Of a stretch of DNA of 64,000 nucleotides, positions 52,492-61,358 are shown in pieces. Source of the stretch: Robertmurraya sp. (lineage in GTDB: Bacteria; Bacillota; Bacilli; Bacillales; Cytobacillaceae); assembly GCA_025451895.1 (NCBI GenBank), contig JANWJP010000091.1, forward strand, positions 1,898 through 65,897, in the 5' to 3' direction. The notes under the pieces are model-generated. The model saw only the letters and a program-made list of their open reading frames with translations, did not search any database and had not been told where the DNA came from. Numbering within the stretch: the first letter of the stretch is position 1; every line of letters starts with the position of its first letter. A program made the position numbers and the translations under genes.

Positions 52492-52520
52492 GATCCCACA
52501 CCGAGCAGAGAGGATATTGA
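51117..52520 (+). CDS. Intron-encoded protein: degenerate reverse transcriptase plus maturase (X) domain
   Basis: RT-like blocks are recognisable ([15 protein letters not shown] ~ motif 4; [12 protein letters not shown] ~ motif 5; IPFLGYKF ~ motif 7). X-domain block [18 protein letters not shown]...[26 protein letters not shown] upstream. The end given is the first in-frame stop, which lies in exon 2. Confidence 0.8.
   Translation: MNMAKDPFKQLNIIKKVSQNGKPVVDCFRLLYKHELWLKAYLQLRPQEKCRKTLNANYLKEIEPLIENLKNGTFRSSFFNDLPGNKAGKEPPFHDLLLLETMKYILQSVYGAQRLFPTGKFRETTASREALKMIKKCFYSFTWCIKGEIFADTLNIHVLRTVLAGKINDKRFLYLLQKVLASKILEYKQAESFRLLMEHIYLLEIDQFVKAYRESKFPRKRGEGERTVQMQYVRFGREFAVGLSCTKKQAFIMQKELEAFLKDRLQIDSDKESRIFLSHLSKTIPFLGYKFCKVKKMQKKCIQGEGKFSKPVNADDRARMYKIVLLIPKRKMREFARKHGYGRLENGATLHRKKLLHKSEQEIAEIYHAELKRFAQYYSLAANFHHMDKLIYLARGSFLKTIAAKRKSTVAKTAKRLKKQKQEIVSRRAVYFERSTYGSEGGEETCCIIRQGALSPTLRSHTEQRGY
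52399..52432 (+). other. Group II intron domain V (catalytic hairpin)
   Basis: GAGCCGTATACTTT-GAAA-GAAGTACGTACGGTTC is a 34-nt hairpin with the AGC triad, a 2-nt AC bulge and a GAAA tetraloop, near-identical to the canonical DV consensus. Confidence 0.93.
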
Positions 52521-52632
52521 TGTGACAAAAAGGCTTGCAGAATCAGGAAAAATACTTGGTATTGAGTTGTTGGACCATGTCATCATCGGTGAAAATAAAT
52601 ATGTTAGTTTAAAGGAAAAAGGATATTTATAA
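52492..52632 (+). CDS. radC: radC exon 2 (residues 183-228)
   Basis: Begins [46 protein letters not shown], the conserved RadC C-terminus that follows HNHPSG. In frame with exon 1 after intron removal. Confidence 0.9.
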   Translation, partial: DPTPSREDIDVTKRLAESGKILGIELLDHVIIGENKYVSLKEKGYL

Positions 52633-52928
52633 GGCTATGATTTTATCCTCCTTTAAGCTATAATATTATTTGTGATTTTTTGTATAAAAAAGAGTCTGCA
52701 AAAAGGGATTTTATGGTTGGAAAAAATCAGGAATCGGGTATGATACTGAATGGTTAAAAAGGGTTTTAGTTAGTCAGTTAAGTGTTGATTGTTTTGCTGT
52801 TTTGGGCCGGGATCTTCCCGGATATTTTTAATAAATGAATGCATGGATGCGTGCAAAGGGTAAAAGTCCCGGTGAATTTCAGAATGAACCGGATCTTTAG
52901 GATCGTATCAGAAAGGGAGATACTGAAA

Positions 52929-53951
52929 ATGTTAGGAATTGGAACAAGAGATCTTGGAATAGACCTAGGTACTGCGAATACCCTAGTTTATGTGAAAGGT
53001 AAAGGAATTGCTGTTCGGGAACCTTCTGTTGTGGCTTTACAAACAGATACAAAAACGATTGTTGCTGTCGGAAATGAAGCAAAAAATATGATCGGCAGAA
53101 CACCCGGAAATATTGTTGCCCTAAGGCCGATGAAGGATGGAGTGATTGCTGATTATGATACAACGGCAACAATGATGAAATATTACATTAATAAAGCTTT
53201 AAAGAAAAAAGGCCCATTTACCGGAAAGCCTTATGTAATGATTTGCGTTCCTTCGGGAATTACGGCAGTTGAGGAACGGGCTGTCATAGACGCAACCCGT
53301 CAGGCGGGAGCCCGTGATGCCTATACGATTGAGGAGCCTTTTGCGGCCGCAATCGGAGCCAATCTTCCTGTTTGGGAACCGACGGGCAGCATGGTTGTTG
53401 ATATTGGCGGCGGCACAACGGAAGTGGCGGTAATCTCTTTAGGCGGGATTGTAACCAGCCAATCCATCCGTATTGCCGGAGATGAAATGGATGAAGCGAT
53501 GGTGAACTACATACGGAAGACCTATAATTTAATGATTGGTGACCGTACTGCTGAAATGATCAAAGTGGAAATCGGCAGTGCCGGTGACCCGGAAGGAATC
53601 GAAAATATGGAAATTCGCGGCCGTGATTTGCTGACAGGTCTTCCAAAAACGATTGACAGTACCGCTGAAGAAATTTCACTGGCTTTAAGGGATACGGTTT
53701 ATGCGATTGTTGATGCCGTTAAAGTAACCCTGGAAAAAACTCCCCCTGAACTTGCAGCCGACATTATGGATCGCGGTATTGTGCTTACAGGCGGGGGAGC
53801 CCTGCTTCGCAATCTCGATAAAGTGATTAGTGAAGAAACGAATATGCCTGTTGTAATTGCCGAAAATCCATTAGACTGTGTCGCAATCGGAACAGGAAAA
53901 GCACTGGACAATATTGACTTATTTAAAAATCGTGCTAAAGAGTCACGTTAA
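52929..53951 (+). CDS. mreB: Rod-shape-determining actin homologue MreB
   Basis: [14 protein letters not shown] phosphate-1 motif and [16 protein letters not shown] phosphate-2 motif. Start trimmed to ATG 52929 behind AAGGGAGA. Confidence 0.96.
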   Translation: MLGIGTRDLGIDLGTANTLVYVKGKGIAVREPSVVALQTDTKTIVAVGNEAKNMIGRTPGNIVALRPMKDGVIADYDTTATMMKYYINKALKKKGPFTGKPYVMICVPSGITAVEERAVIDATRQAGARDAYTIEEPFAAAIGANLPVWEPTGSMVVDIGGGTTEVAVISLGGIVTSQSIRIAGDEMDEAMVNYIRKTYNLMIGDRTAEMIKVEIGSAGDPEGIENMEIRGRDLLTGLPKTIDSTAEEISLALRDTVYAIVDAVKVTLEKTPPELAADIMDRGIVLTGGGALLRNLDKVISEETNMPVVIAENPLDCVAIGTGKALDNIDLFKNRAKESR

Positions 53952-53972
53952 ACCGGTAAAAAACTTTATCCA

Positions 53973-54031
53973 ATTCCTGCAAATCAGGAGGCAGTGTTTC
54001 CTCCCGATTTGCAGGAATCATTATTGTTTTT
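53973..54031 (+). terminator. Strong hairpin/terminator between mreB and mreC
   Basis: About 18-bp stem ATTCCTGCAAATCAGGAGG (53973-53991) / CCTCCCGATTTGCAGGAAT (54000-54018), then CATTATTGTTTTT. Confidence 0.65.
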
Positions 54032-54484
54032 AATGAAAAATAATCTGCAAATTCAGAGAGATTCCGGGTATTTATCTGTTTGTGATTTTCATCTTTCCTG
54101 TAAAATTTTTATTTTTTGAAATTTTGTTAAGCAAAAAAACTTGATTTTACAATGTCAGTTTCGATTGGCGCATTCTTTTTTATAAAAAAAGAACAGGTAC
54201 GAAATTCAATTGTGAAATTTCATAGAGGACTTGTAAAAAAATGCGGAATTATTTTTTAAATTAAAACGAAATTGCCCCAATAATGGTATGATAGAATTAA
54301 TGATTTTTTCCGCTTTTCAGGAGGGTTTCAGAGCTTCACAGAGGGACAGCCTTCCCGGTGTTTTTCATTAGAAATGATAAATATTGGAGGCGTTATACAG
54401 AAAGTGAGTATTTGTCATCAATCCTTTTAAATGTTTATCTTTATAGTGGATGATAGACATGACTATTAAACAGAGGTGTCAGCA

Positions 54485-55372
54485 ATGCCACAATTCTTTT
54501 TAAATAAACGTCTGATTATTTTGCTCGTTAGCATTATTATCCTCGTGGCATTAATTGGATTTTCGTTGAGAGACCGTGAACAATTAACATGGCCTGAACA
54601 GTTTCTTAAAGATACAACCGGGTTTGTACAGCATATTTTGGCAAAACCGACCGGTTATATCACAGGTTTTTTTGAAGATGTAAAGGGACTGACGAATACA
54701 TATGAAGAGAATAAGGAATTAAAGAAACGTCTGGATGAGCTGGCCCAGTTGGAAGTAGATGTTCAACTGCTTGCCAAGGAAAATGCCGAACTCCGTGAGA
54801 TGCTTGATAAACAGGACAGCCTGAGAAATTTTAAACCGATCCATGCGACGGTTATCGCCCGGAATGCTGATCGCTGGGAAGAACTTTTGATCATAAACAA
54901 AGGTAAAACAAACGGAATAGAAAAAAACATGGCTGTAGTCACGGCAAACGGTTTAATCGGTAAGATAAAAAGCACCCAGCAGTTTACTTCAACGGTTCAA
55001 CTCCTTAGTGCCATGGATCCCACTAACCGGATTTCCGCTGAAATTCTTCGCGGTGATGAAGAATCAATTTACGGAACGATTGAAGGATATGATGAAAAAC
55101 GAGAATTATTAAAACTAAAAAGAATCCCTAATGACGCAAAAATTGAAAAAGGGCAGAAGGTTGTTACTTCGGGAATGGGCGGAATTTTTCCCGCAGGATT
55201 GCCGATTGGCGAAGTAGTAGATGTAGAGCCTGATGAGTTTGGTTTGAATCAAACGGCATATGTGAAACCGGGAGCAAATTTGTACGATATCAGGAATGTT
55301 ATCGTTGTCGAAAGGGAAATGATACAGCCCGGTAAGAATGATGACGCCGGGGAAGAGGAGGAGGACCGGTGA
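54485..55372 (+). CDS. mreC: Rod-shape-determining protein MreC
   Basis: N-terminal TM helix, coiled coil, and two beta-barrel repeats (AVVTANGLIGKI..., VVTSGMGGIFPAGLPIGEV). ATG 54485 behind AGAGGTG. Confidence 0.92.
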   Translation: MPQFFLNKRLIILLVSIIILVALIGFSLRDREQLTWPEQFLKDTTGFVQHILAKPTGYITGFFEDVKGLTNTYEENKELKKRLDELAQLEVDVQLLAKENAELREMLDKQDSLRNFKPIHATVIARNADRWEELLIINKGKTNGIEKNMAVVTANGLIGKIKSTQQFTSTVQLLSAMDPTNRISAEILRGDEESIYGTIEGYDEKRELLKLKRIPNDAKIEKGQKVVTSGMGGIFPAGLPIGEVVDVEPDEFGLNQTAYVKPGANLYDIRNVIVVEREMIQPGKNDDAGEEEEDR

Positions 55373-55887
55373 AAAAATACCTCCTTCTTCTCCTGTTTTT
55401 ATTTTTGTTTGTTTTTGAAAGTATCTTTATTGAATTTCTGCCATTGAAAATGTTTGGGAATGAAGTGATTCTCGTTCCCCGATTTTTGATGATTGCCATT
55501 TTGTTTTTTACCATATTCGGTGATGTCAGGCAGGGCATCATTGCCGGTTTTATCATCGGGCTTCTCTTTGATGTCGTGTATACAGGGGTTATTGGTATTT
55601 ACCTCGTGTTCTTCCCGTTAATAGCTTTTCTGGTTTCCAAAGTTATGAAGGTTCTTCAAACAAATGTTGTAATACTGACCTTTGTATCTATTCTTGCTAT
55701 TGCTCTTTTGGAATTTGCTGTTTACGAGATGAATTCTCTTATTAAAATTACGAATATGGAATTTTTGATGTTTCTAAAGAAACGTCTCTTGCCCACAATG
55801 ATTTTGAATTTGATACTCACAGTTATAATCGGCTACCCCCTGAAACGGTTTTTTGAAAAATACAAGAAGGAAGTGATGAAAGATTAG
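55369..55887 (+). CDS. mreD: Rod-shape-determining protein MreD
   Basis: 172-aa polytopic membrane protein. GTG start overlaps the mreC stop. Confidence 0.85.
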   Translation: MKKYLLLLLFLFLFVFESIFIEFLPLKMFGNEVILVPRFLMIAILFFTIFGDVRQGIIAGFIIGLLFDVVYTGVIGIYLVFFPLIAFLVSKVMKVLQTNVVILTFVSILAIALLEFAVYEMNSLIKITNMEFLMFLKKRLLPTMILNLILTVIIGYPLKRFFEKYKKEVMKD

Positions 55888-56156
55888 CTTCCTTCCTTCT
55901 TTTTAACTCTCCAGTATGCAATATCAAGCTGCGTATTTTGTCACTCCATAGCGAGACTTGATCAAGGGGCAGCTTCAGGTCTTTTCATTCCTTTCTGCGC
56001 CATAAAATCATAAAATAACCGGGTTTTCATAAATAAATATGTACTTTTTTAGCAGGATTTTTAAAGGTTTTGTCGAACTTTTCTACGTAATAATGGAAAA
56101 ATATTTAAATATATCGTCCTGAAGCTGCGTCTTCGAGTTTAGAGGTGAACATCATA

Positions 56157-56840
56157 ATGAAAAAAAATCAGAATGTAGTTATAAAGGGGACGAAGGAAGG
56201 ATTAATTTTACATTTATGTGATACTTGTTCCTATGATGATTTGAAAAAGGAATTAGATGAGAGATTGACTGAGAACTCTTTTTTACATAATGACAGTCAT
56301 CCGATTCTTGTAAAGGTTCACAGTGGGAATAGATATTTGACGGAAGCTCAGAAGGATGAGCTCAGAGATTTGATAAGAAGCAGGAAAAATCTGCTTGTGG
56401 AAGCATTTGAATCAAATGTGATGACAAGGGAAGAAGCAGCACGTCTAAAGGCAGAAAATGAAATTGTCTCAGTGGCCAGGATAATCCGCTCGGGTCAAGT
56501 ACTTGAGGTTCCCGGCGATCTTCTTCTTGTTGGCGATGTGAATCCCGGCGGAAAAGTGATGGCGGGAGGAAATATTTTTATAATGGGGGCGTTAAAAGGG
56601 ATTGCCCATGCCGGTGTGAATGGAGATTCTGCGGCGATTATCTCCGCATCTGTGATGAAACCGACCCAGCTCAGAATCAACGACTGTATTACCCGGGCCC
56701 CGGATGAAGGTTTTCCGGAACATGAAAAAAGAGGAATGGAATGTGCATATATTGATGAGGACAACCGGATTGTAATTGATAGATTACAAGTGTTGATGCA
56801 CCTTAGACCAAACCTAACGAGATTGGAAGGGGGATTCTAG
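56157..56840 (+). CDS. minC: Septum site-determining protein MinC
   Basis: C-terminal beta-helix repeats ([28 protein letters not shown]). Lies upstream of minD. Confidence 0.92.
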   Translation: MKKNQNVVIKGTKEGLILHLCDTCSYDDLKKELDERLTENSFLHNDSHPILVKVHSGNRYLTEAQKDELRDLIRSRKNLLVEAFESNVMTREEAARLKAENEIVSVARIIRSGQVLEVPGDLLLVGDVNPGGKVMAGGNIFIMGALKGIAHAGVNGDSAAIISASVMKPTQLRINDCITRAPDEGFPEHEKRGMECAYIDEDNRIVIDRLQVLMHLRPNLTRLEGGF

Positions 56841-56841
56841 A

Positions 56842-57645
56842 GTGGGAGAAGCAATTGTAGTTACTTCAGGAAAAGGCGGAGTCGGCAAAACAACAAGTTC
56901 TGCCAATATCGGGACAGCCCTTGCTCTTAAGGATAAGCGGGTATGTTTAGTGGACACCGATATAGGTCTGAGAAACCTGGATGTTGTCATGGGGCTTGAA
57001 AACCGGATTATTTATGATTTGGTTGATGTTGTTACGGGAAGATGCAAAATACATCAGGCGCTGGTGAAAGACAAGCGTTTTGATAATCATTTATATTTGC
57101 TTCCCGCTGCCCAGGCCAGTGATAAAACTGCCGTTACTCCGGAGCAAATGAAAGCCTTGATTGATGAACTGAAACAGGAATTTGATTATATTATTATTGA
57201 TTGTCCGGCAGGAATTGAGCAAGGATTTAAAAATGCTGTTGCCGGAGCAGACAGGGCTCTTGTTGTGACGACTCCGGAAGTGTCAGCCGTCAGGGATGCC
57301 GACCGGATTATCGGTCTGTTGGAAAAAGAGGAACATATTGCGCCGCCGCGCCTGATTATTAACCGGATTCGAAACCATCTGATGAAAAATGGGGATATGC
57401 TTGATGTGGACGAAATAACCACCCATCTTTCCATTGAGTTAATCGGAATAGTTGTCGATGATGATGAGGTGATCAAATCAACGACACACGGTGAACCAAT
57501 CGCCTTAAATCCAAACAGCAAAGCCTCAATTGCATACCGGAATATTGCCAGAAGAATACTCGGAGAATCCGTTCCTCTTCAGCCTCTCGATGATGAATAT
57601 AAAGGTGTTTTTTCCAGACTGAAGAAATTCTTCGGGGGTAAATAG
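56842..57645 (+). CDS. minD: Septum site-determining ATPase MinD
   Basis: Deviant Walker A SGKGGVGKTT. C-terminal amphipathic helix (FSRLKKFFGGK). GTG start. Confidence 0.96.
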   Translation: MGEAIVVTSGKGGVGKTTSSANIGTALALKDKRVCLVDTDIGLRNLDVVMGLENRIIYDLVDVVTGRCKIHQALVKDKRFDNHLYLLPAAQASDKTAVTPEQMKALIDELKQEFDYIIIDCPAGIEQGFKNAVAGADRALVVTTPEVSAVRDADRIIGLLEKEEHIAPPRLIINRIRNHLMKNGDMLDVDEITTHLSIELIGIVVDDDEVIKSTTHGEPIALNPNSKASIAYRNIARRILGESVPLQPLDDEYKGVFSRLKKFFGGK

Positions 57646-57705
57646 AGGATTGGGGCAAACCCAAAGTATAAAGTAATCAATGAAAATATTAATAGATTAA
57701 AGAGA

Positions 57706-57754
57706 GAAAGGCTGCCCGCCGTGAAAGTGCACCCGGGATTGCCTTTCTTTTTGT
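57706..57754 (+). terminator. Terminator after minD
   Basis: GAAAGGC (57706-12) pairs with GCCTTTC (57741-47), enclosing CCCG/CGGG pairing. CTTTTTG tail. Confidence 0.6.
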
Positions 57755-57835
57755 TATTCCGCGGTTTAATTTAGTCATACTCTCCATGGACAAAACATAA
57801 ACTTGTACAAAACTGTCAAGGGATTGGTGGGGAGA

Positions 57836-58618
57836 ATGCGGTCAAGAGCTGATGAAATCCGGAAGAGAATGGCAAAGCGGAAGCGGGAACGGGAAAAGCT
57901 TTTGAAAAGGGCGGAACAACATTATCTATTTGTAAGTGATGAGGAAAAACACGGGTTTGAGAAGATTTCTTCTTACGAAGGAGGACCGGAAGAAGAAGGA
58001 CATCCATTATTCAGGAAAGAATGGTTTTTCTTTAAAATATTGCTCTCCGCCTGTTTAGTTCTGATTGTCGCCATTGTTTTTCAAAATGAAGGGAAATATG
58101 CCGAATCACTTAAAGCTGCAATTACTAATGCATTAGAACAGGATTTTCAATTTGCCGCTGTGTCTGAATGGTATGAGAATTATTTCGGCAAACCGCTTGC
58201 TCTGCTGCCAATATTAAATAACGGCGAGAAACAAGAATCCACGGGGGCCGGGGACGAACCTGAATATGCCGTTCCGGCCACGGGACGGATATTACAAGAT
58301 TTTACCGTGAACGGACAAAGCATTATTGTTGAGACGGAAAAAGGGGAAAAAGTTTTCGCCATGAAAGAAGGGATTGTCCGTTTTATTGGAGAAAAAGACG
58401 GCTTCGGAAGCACCGTCATTATTCAACATAGCGATAAAAGTGAGAGCTGGTACGGAAATTTGCATTCTATTGAAGCGGAATTGTACCAGTTTATTGACAA
58501 GGGAGCCATCGTCGGCACTGCATCAGATACGGATGATGGGGAGAAAGGTTCATTTAATTTTGCGATTAAAAAAGGGGAGGATTTTATAGACCCGATTCAG
58601 GTGATCCGGTTTGAGTAA
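57836..58618 (+). CDS. spoIVFA: Stage IV sporulation protein FA (degenerate LytM/M23 domain)
   Basis: Basic N-terminus, single TM helix, and a C-terminal M23-like fold (VIIQHSDKSESWYGNL). Overlaps the spoIVFB start. Confidence 0.85.
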   Translation: MRSRADEIRKRMAKRKREREKLLKRAEQHYLFVSDEEKHGFEKISSYEGGPEEEGHPLFRKEWFFFKILLSACLVLIVAIVFQNEGKYAESLKAAITNALEQDFQFAAVSEWYENYFGKPLALLPILNNGEKQESTGAGDEPEYAVPATGRILQDFTVNGQSIIVETEKGEKVFAMKEGIVRFIGEKDGFGSTVIIQHSDKSESWYGNLHSIEAELYQFIDKGAIVGTASDTDDGEKGSFNFAIKKGEDFIDPIQVIRFE

Positions 58619-59477
58619 ATACCTTGAATTATTTGGGAAAATACGCATTCATCCATTGACATGGGTTGTTGTCGCATTTGCCGTGGCAACTGCCCGGTTT
58701 GTGGATCTGTCCATACTTTTTTTGATTGTTTTCATCCATGAGCTTGGACACGGTGCAGCTGCCGCTTTTTTTTCCTGGCGACTCAGAAAAATCACTCTTC
58801 TGCCTTTTGGCGGCGTTGCGGAAATGGATGAACACGGGAACAGACCGTTAAAGGAAGAAGCGATTGTGACGATTGCCGGTCCGGTGCAGCATTTCTGGCT
58901 GATGGGAGCCGCTTTTGTTTTCTTTCAATTACAATGGATTTCCGTTTATCATTTTTCCTTATTCGTAGAATATAATCTTATTGTTCTCATTTTTAATATG
59001 CTCCCCATCTGGCCGCTTGACGGCGGAAAACTTCTGTTCCTGTTTTTATCGTTAAACAAATCTTTTCCCAATGCATTACAAACAACATTGGTCGTTTCAT
59101 TCATCGGCATTTGCATATTTTCCGCGGTAAATCTGATGACCAATCCGTTGAACCTGAATGCATGGGTGATGGTATCTTTCCTTCTTTTTTCTCTGCATTT
59201 TGAATGGAAACAAAAACGCTATGTGTTTATGAGATTTTTGCTGGAAAGATACTACGGAAAAAATTACGATTTGAGAAAGCTTCAGCCGATTGTAACAAGG
59301 GAAGATGCACTGATCATAGAAGTGCTGGAGAAGTTTCAGAGGGGATGCAAACACCCGATCATTATTAAGAGCGGCGGCAGAGAAAAAGGATCTCTTGATG
59401 AAAATGAACTTCTTCATGCTTATTTTTCGAAAAAATTATTAACGGCAAAGGTCGGGGATTTGCTTTACCAATACTGA
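58611..59477 (+). CDS. spoIVFB: Stage IV sporulation protein FB, site-2 (M50) metalloprotease processing pro-sigma-K
   Basis: HELGH Zn motif inside a TM helix, NMLPIWPLDGG (NxxPxxxLDG), and a C-terminal CBS-like domain. Confidence 0.9.
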   Translation: MSKYLELFGKIRIHPLTWVVVAFAVATARFVDLSILFLIVFIHELGHGAAAAFFSWRLRKITLLPFGGVAEMDEHGNRPLKEEAIVTIAGPVQHFWLMGAAFVFFQLQWISVYHFSLFVEYNLIVLIFNMLPIWPLDGGKLLFLFLSLNKSFPNALQTTLVVSFIGICIFSAVNLMTNPLNLNAWVMVSFLLFSLHFEWKQKRYVFMRFLLERYYGKNYDLRKLQPIVTREDALIIEVLEKFQRGCKHPIIIKSGGREKGSLDENELLHAYFSKKLLTAKVGDLLYQY

Positions 59478-59612
59478 ACAGTGATAATGGAAGGGGTTTC
59501 CCCCTTTTTTTATTTTCACCAATATCCATAATCTAAAAAAGATAATTGCCTGTTTGAACGGTAGAGGGGAAAATGATATTGATCATAAGCACAAAAACTA
59601 ATTTTTAAAAGA

Positions 59613-61088
59613 GTGATGATATTGGAAACTTTAGTAATTAATTATGCATGCAGGGAAAAAAGATACGCCCTGTTGAAAAATAACCGCGTCGAAAAATTAG
59701 TCATTCAACAGCCGCGGAAAGAATCGATTGTTGGCAATATTTATTTGGGAATCGTAACAAAAGTGCTTCCGGGGATGGATGCGGCATTTGTTGATATCGG
59801 GCTCGAACAAGACGGATATCTTCATGCCGATAAGCTGTCTTCCATTCCATCTTCCATTGACGAAAAAAAAACATCCATTTCCTCCCTCGTTCATCAGGGA
59901 CAGAGACTGCTTGTACAAGTGGACAAAGATGCCATCCGGAACAAAGGTCCCCGGCTGACAGCAAATATTGAGTTTGCCGGAAATCTGATTGTTTATTTGC
60001 CAAAAGGACATTATACGGCTGTCTCAAAAAAAATTGCCGATCACGCAGTCAGGGAAAAATGGCGGCAATTTGCTGAAAAGGTAAAGGAGGGGGAAGAAGG
60101 AATCCTGTTCCGGACGGCATGTGAGAAATATTCCGAAGAAGAGGTCATCGATGAATTAGACGCTTTGCGGGAACAATACCGAAAAATGCTCCAAGCCTTC
60201 AAGATACAAAAAAAGCCGGGTCTATTGCTGGAGAGAAATACTTTTCTGGAAGAGATTCGCGGGGAAATGCAGAAAATGACGGAAGGGAGGATTATCTGCG
60301 ATGATCATGAACCGATTGATTTTCTGAGGAGAATCAATAAAAATGAACAAATCGGGTTTGTTTATTACCGCGAAAAGAAAAATATTTTCTCCGCTTATCA
60401 TGTTGAACATGAATTGGAGAAAGCACTGAAGAAAATTGTCTGGCTCGAAAACGGTGCTTATCTTGTCTTTGAAGAAACTGAGGCATTAACGGTGATCGAT
60501 GTCAATACGGGAAAATTTTCCGGGAAAATGGATCAAAGGGAGACTATTGTTAAAACAAATGAACTGGCAGCTGTGGAAATTGCCCGTCAAATCAGACTGC
60601 GGGATCTCAGCGGCATTATTCTTGTCGATTTTATCGGAATGCAAGATAAAGAGGATGAACAGAGGATTATTAAGAAGATGGAGGAAGCACTTTCTTCTGA
60701 TGATAAACGAACCAGAATTTCAGGCTTCACTTCTTTGGGAATTCTTGAGTTAACCCGAAAACGGACAAAAGTGTCCCTCCTTGAAAATTTGACTTCAACC
60801 TGTCCGGTATGTCACGGTGCCGGCAGGGTTCTAAGCGCGGAAACGATAGCATTCCGATTGGAACGGGAACTGTGGGAATTTAAGGGTCAGGAGGCTGAAG
60901 CAGTTCTGATAGAAAGCACGGATGAAGTGAAGAATATCTTTTGCGGTCCGGAAGATCGTCACCGCAAGCAGCTTGAAGGAATCCTGGGATTTAAAATTCT
61001 TTTTGTACTTACTGGGGAGATGCGGCCTTTTTACAAAATCACGAGATTTGGAACTTTGACGGATCTCAGTGGTCAGGCAGGTAATTAA
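59613..61088 (+). CDS. rng: Rne/Rng-family ribonuclease (RNase G-like)
   Basis: S1 domain (IVGNIYLGIVTKVLPGMDAAFVDIG), DNase-I-like TVIDVNTGKF, and a Zn-link CPVCHGAG. Confidence 0.85.
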   Translation: MMILETLVINYACREKRYALLKNNRVEKLVIQQPRKESIVGNIYLGIVTKVLPGMDAAFVDIGLEQDGYLHADKLSSIPSSIDEKKTSISSLVHQGQRLLVQVDKDAIRNKGPRLTANIEFAGNLIVYLPKGHYTAVSKKIADHAVREKWRQFAEKVKEGEEGILFRTACEKYSEEEVIDELDALREQYRKMLQAFKIQKKPGLLLERNTFLEEIRGEMQKMTEGRIICDDHEPIDFLRRINKNEQIGFVYYREKKNIFSAYHVEHELEKALKKIVWLENGAYLVFEETEALTVIDVNTGKFSGKMDQRETIVKTNELAAVEIARQIRLRDLSGIILVDFIGMQDKEDEQRIIKKMEEALSSDDKRTRISGFTSLGILELTRKRTKVSLLENLTSTCPVCHGAGRVLSAETIAFRLERELWEFKGQEAEAVLIESTDEVKNIFCGPEDRHRKQLEGILGFKILFVLTGEMRPFYKITRFGTLTDLSGQAGN

Positions 61089-61173
61089 AAATAACTTCTA
61101 AACGGGGAAGATCCGGTTCTTCTTCTTTCCGACAGAAGCTTGCATCTTTAACATGGCCTTTCTTTTTTTCGTA

Positions 61174-61203
61174 TTGACAGGCATTCATAAACTGTGTTAA
61201 TAT
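61174..61203 (+). promoter_or_regulatory. SigA promoter of the rplU operon
   Basis: TTGACA (61174-79), 18-nt spacer, TAATAT (61198-61203), preceded by TGT. Confidence 0.6.
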
Positions 61204-61204
61204 T

Positions 61205-61345
61205 CTTATGTTATGTTTGTAGCACCCGTGCTACAACCGCACAGACCCGGGTTTTTAAGCTCACTTTTAGCGGATATGCGGCTTTTCCAACGGAAAAACT
61301 GCTGTTCAAAAAGGTGACACCTGTGCTGGCGAGTCTTAGTATATA
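61205..61345 (+). promoter_or_regulatory. Structured 5' leader of rplU-prp-rpmA (L21-leader type)
   Basis: About 150-nt untranslated leader with the GTAGCAC/GTGCTAC hairpin (61219-61236). Firmicute rplU operons are known to carry a ribosomal-protein leader here. Family membership was not verified. Confidence 0.45.
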
Positions 61346-61358
61346 AGGAGGTGCAGTT

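Noticed and set aside
52387-52632. An 81-aa ORF that could be called as a separate small gene downstream of the IEP.
   Set aside because: Only its last 46 codons (from 52492) are RadC sequence. The first 35 codons are intron domains V and VI read in the radC frame. It is radC exon 2, not an independent gene.
57776-57783. CATACTCT upstream of spoIVFA as a SigE -10 element.
   Set aside because: It matches CATACA-T at 7 of 8 positions, but I could not find a convincing -35 (ATATT-like) element at the proper spacing. The evidence is too weak to report as a feature.
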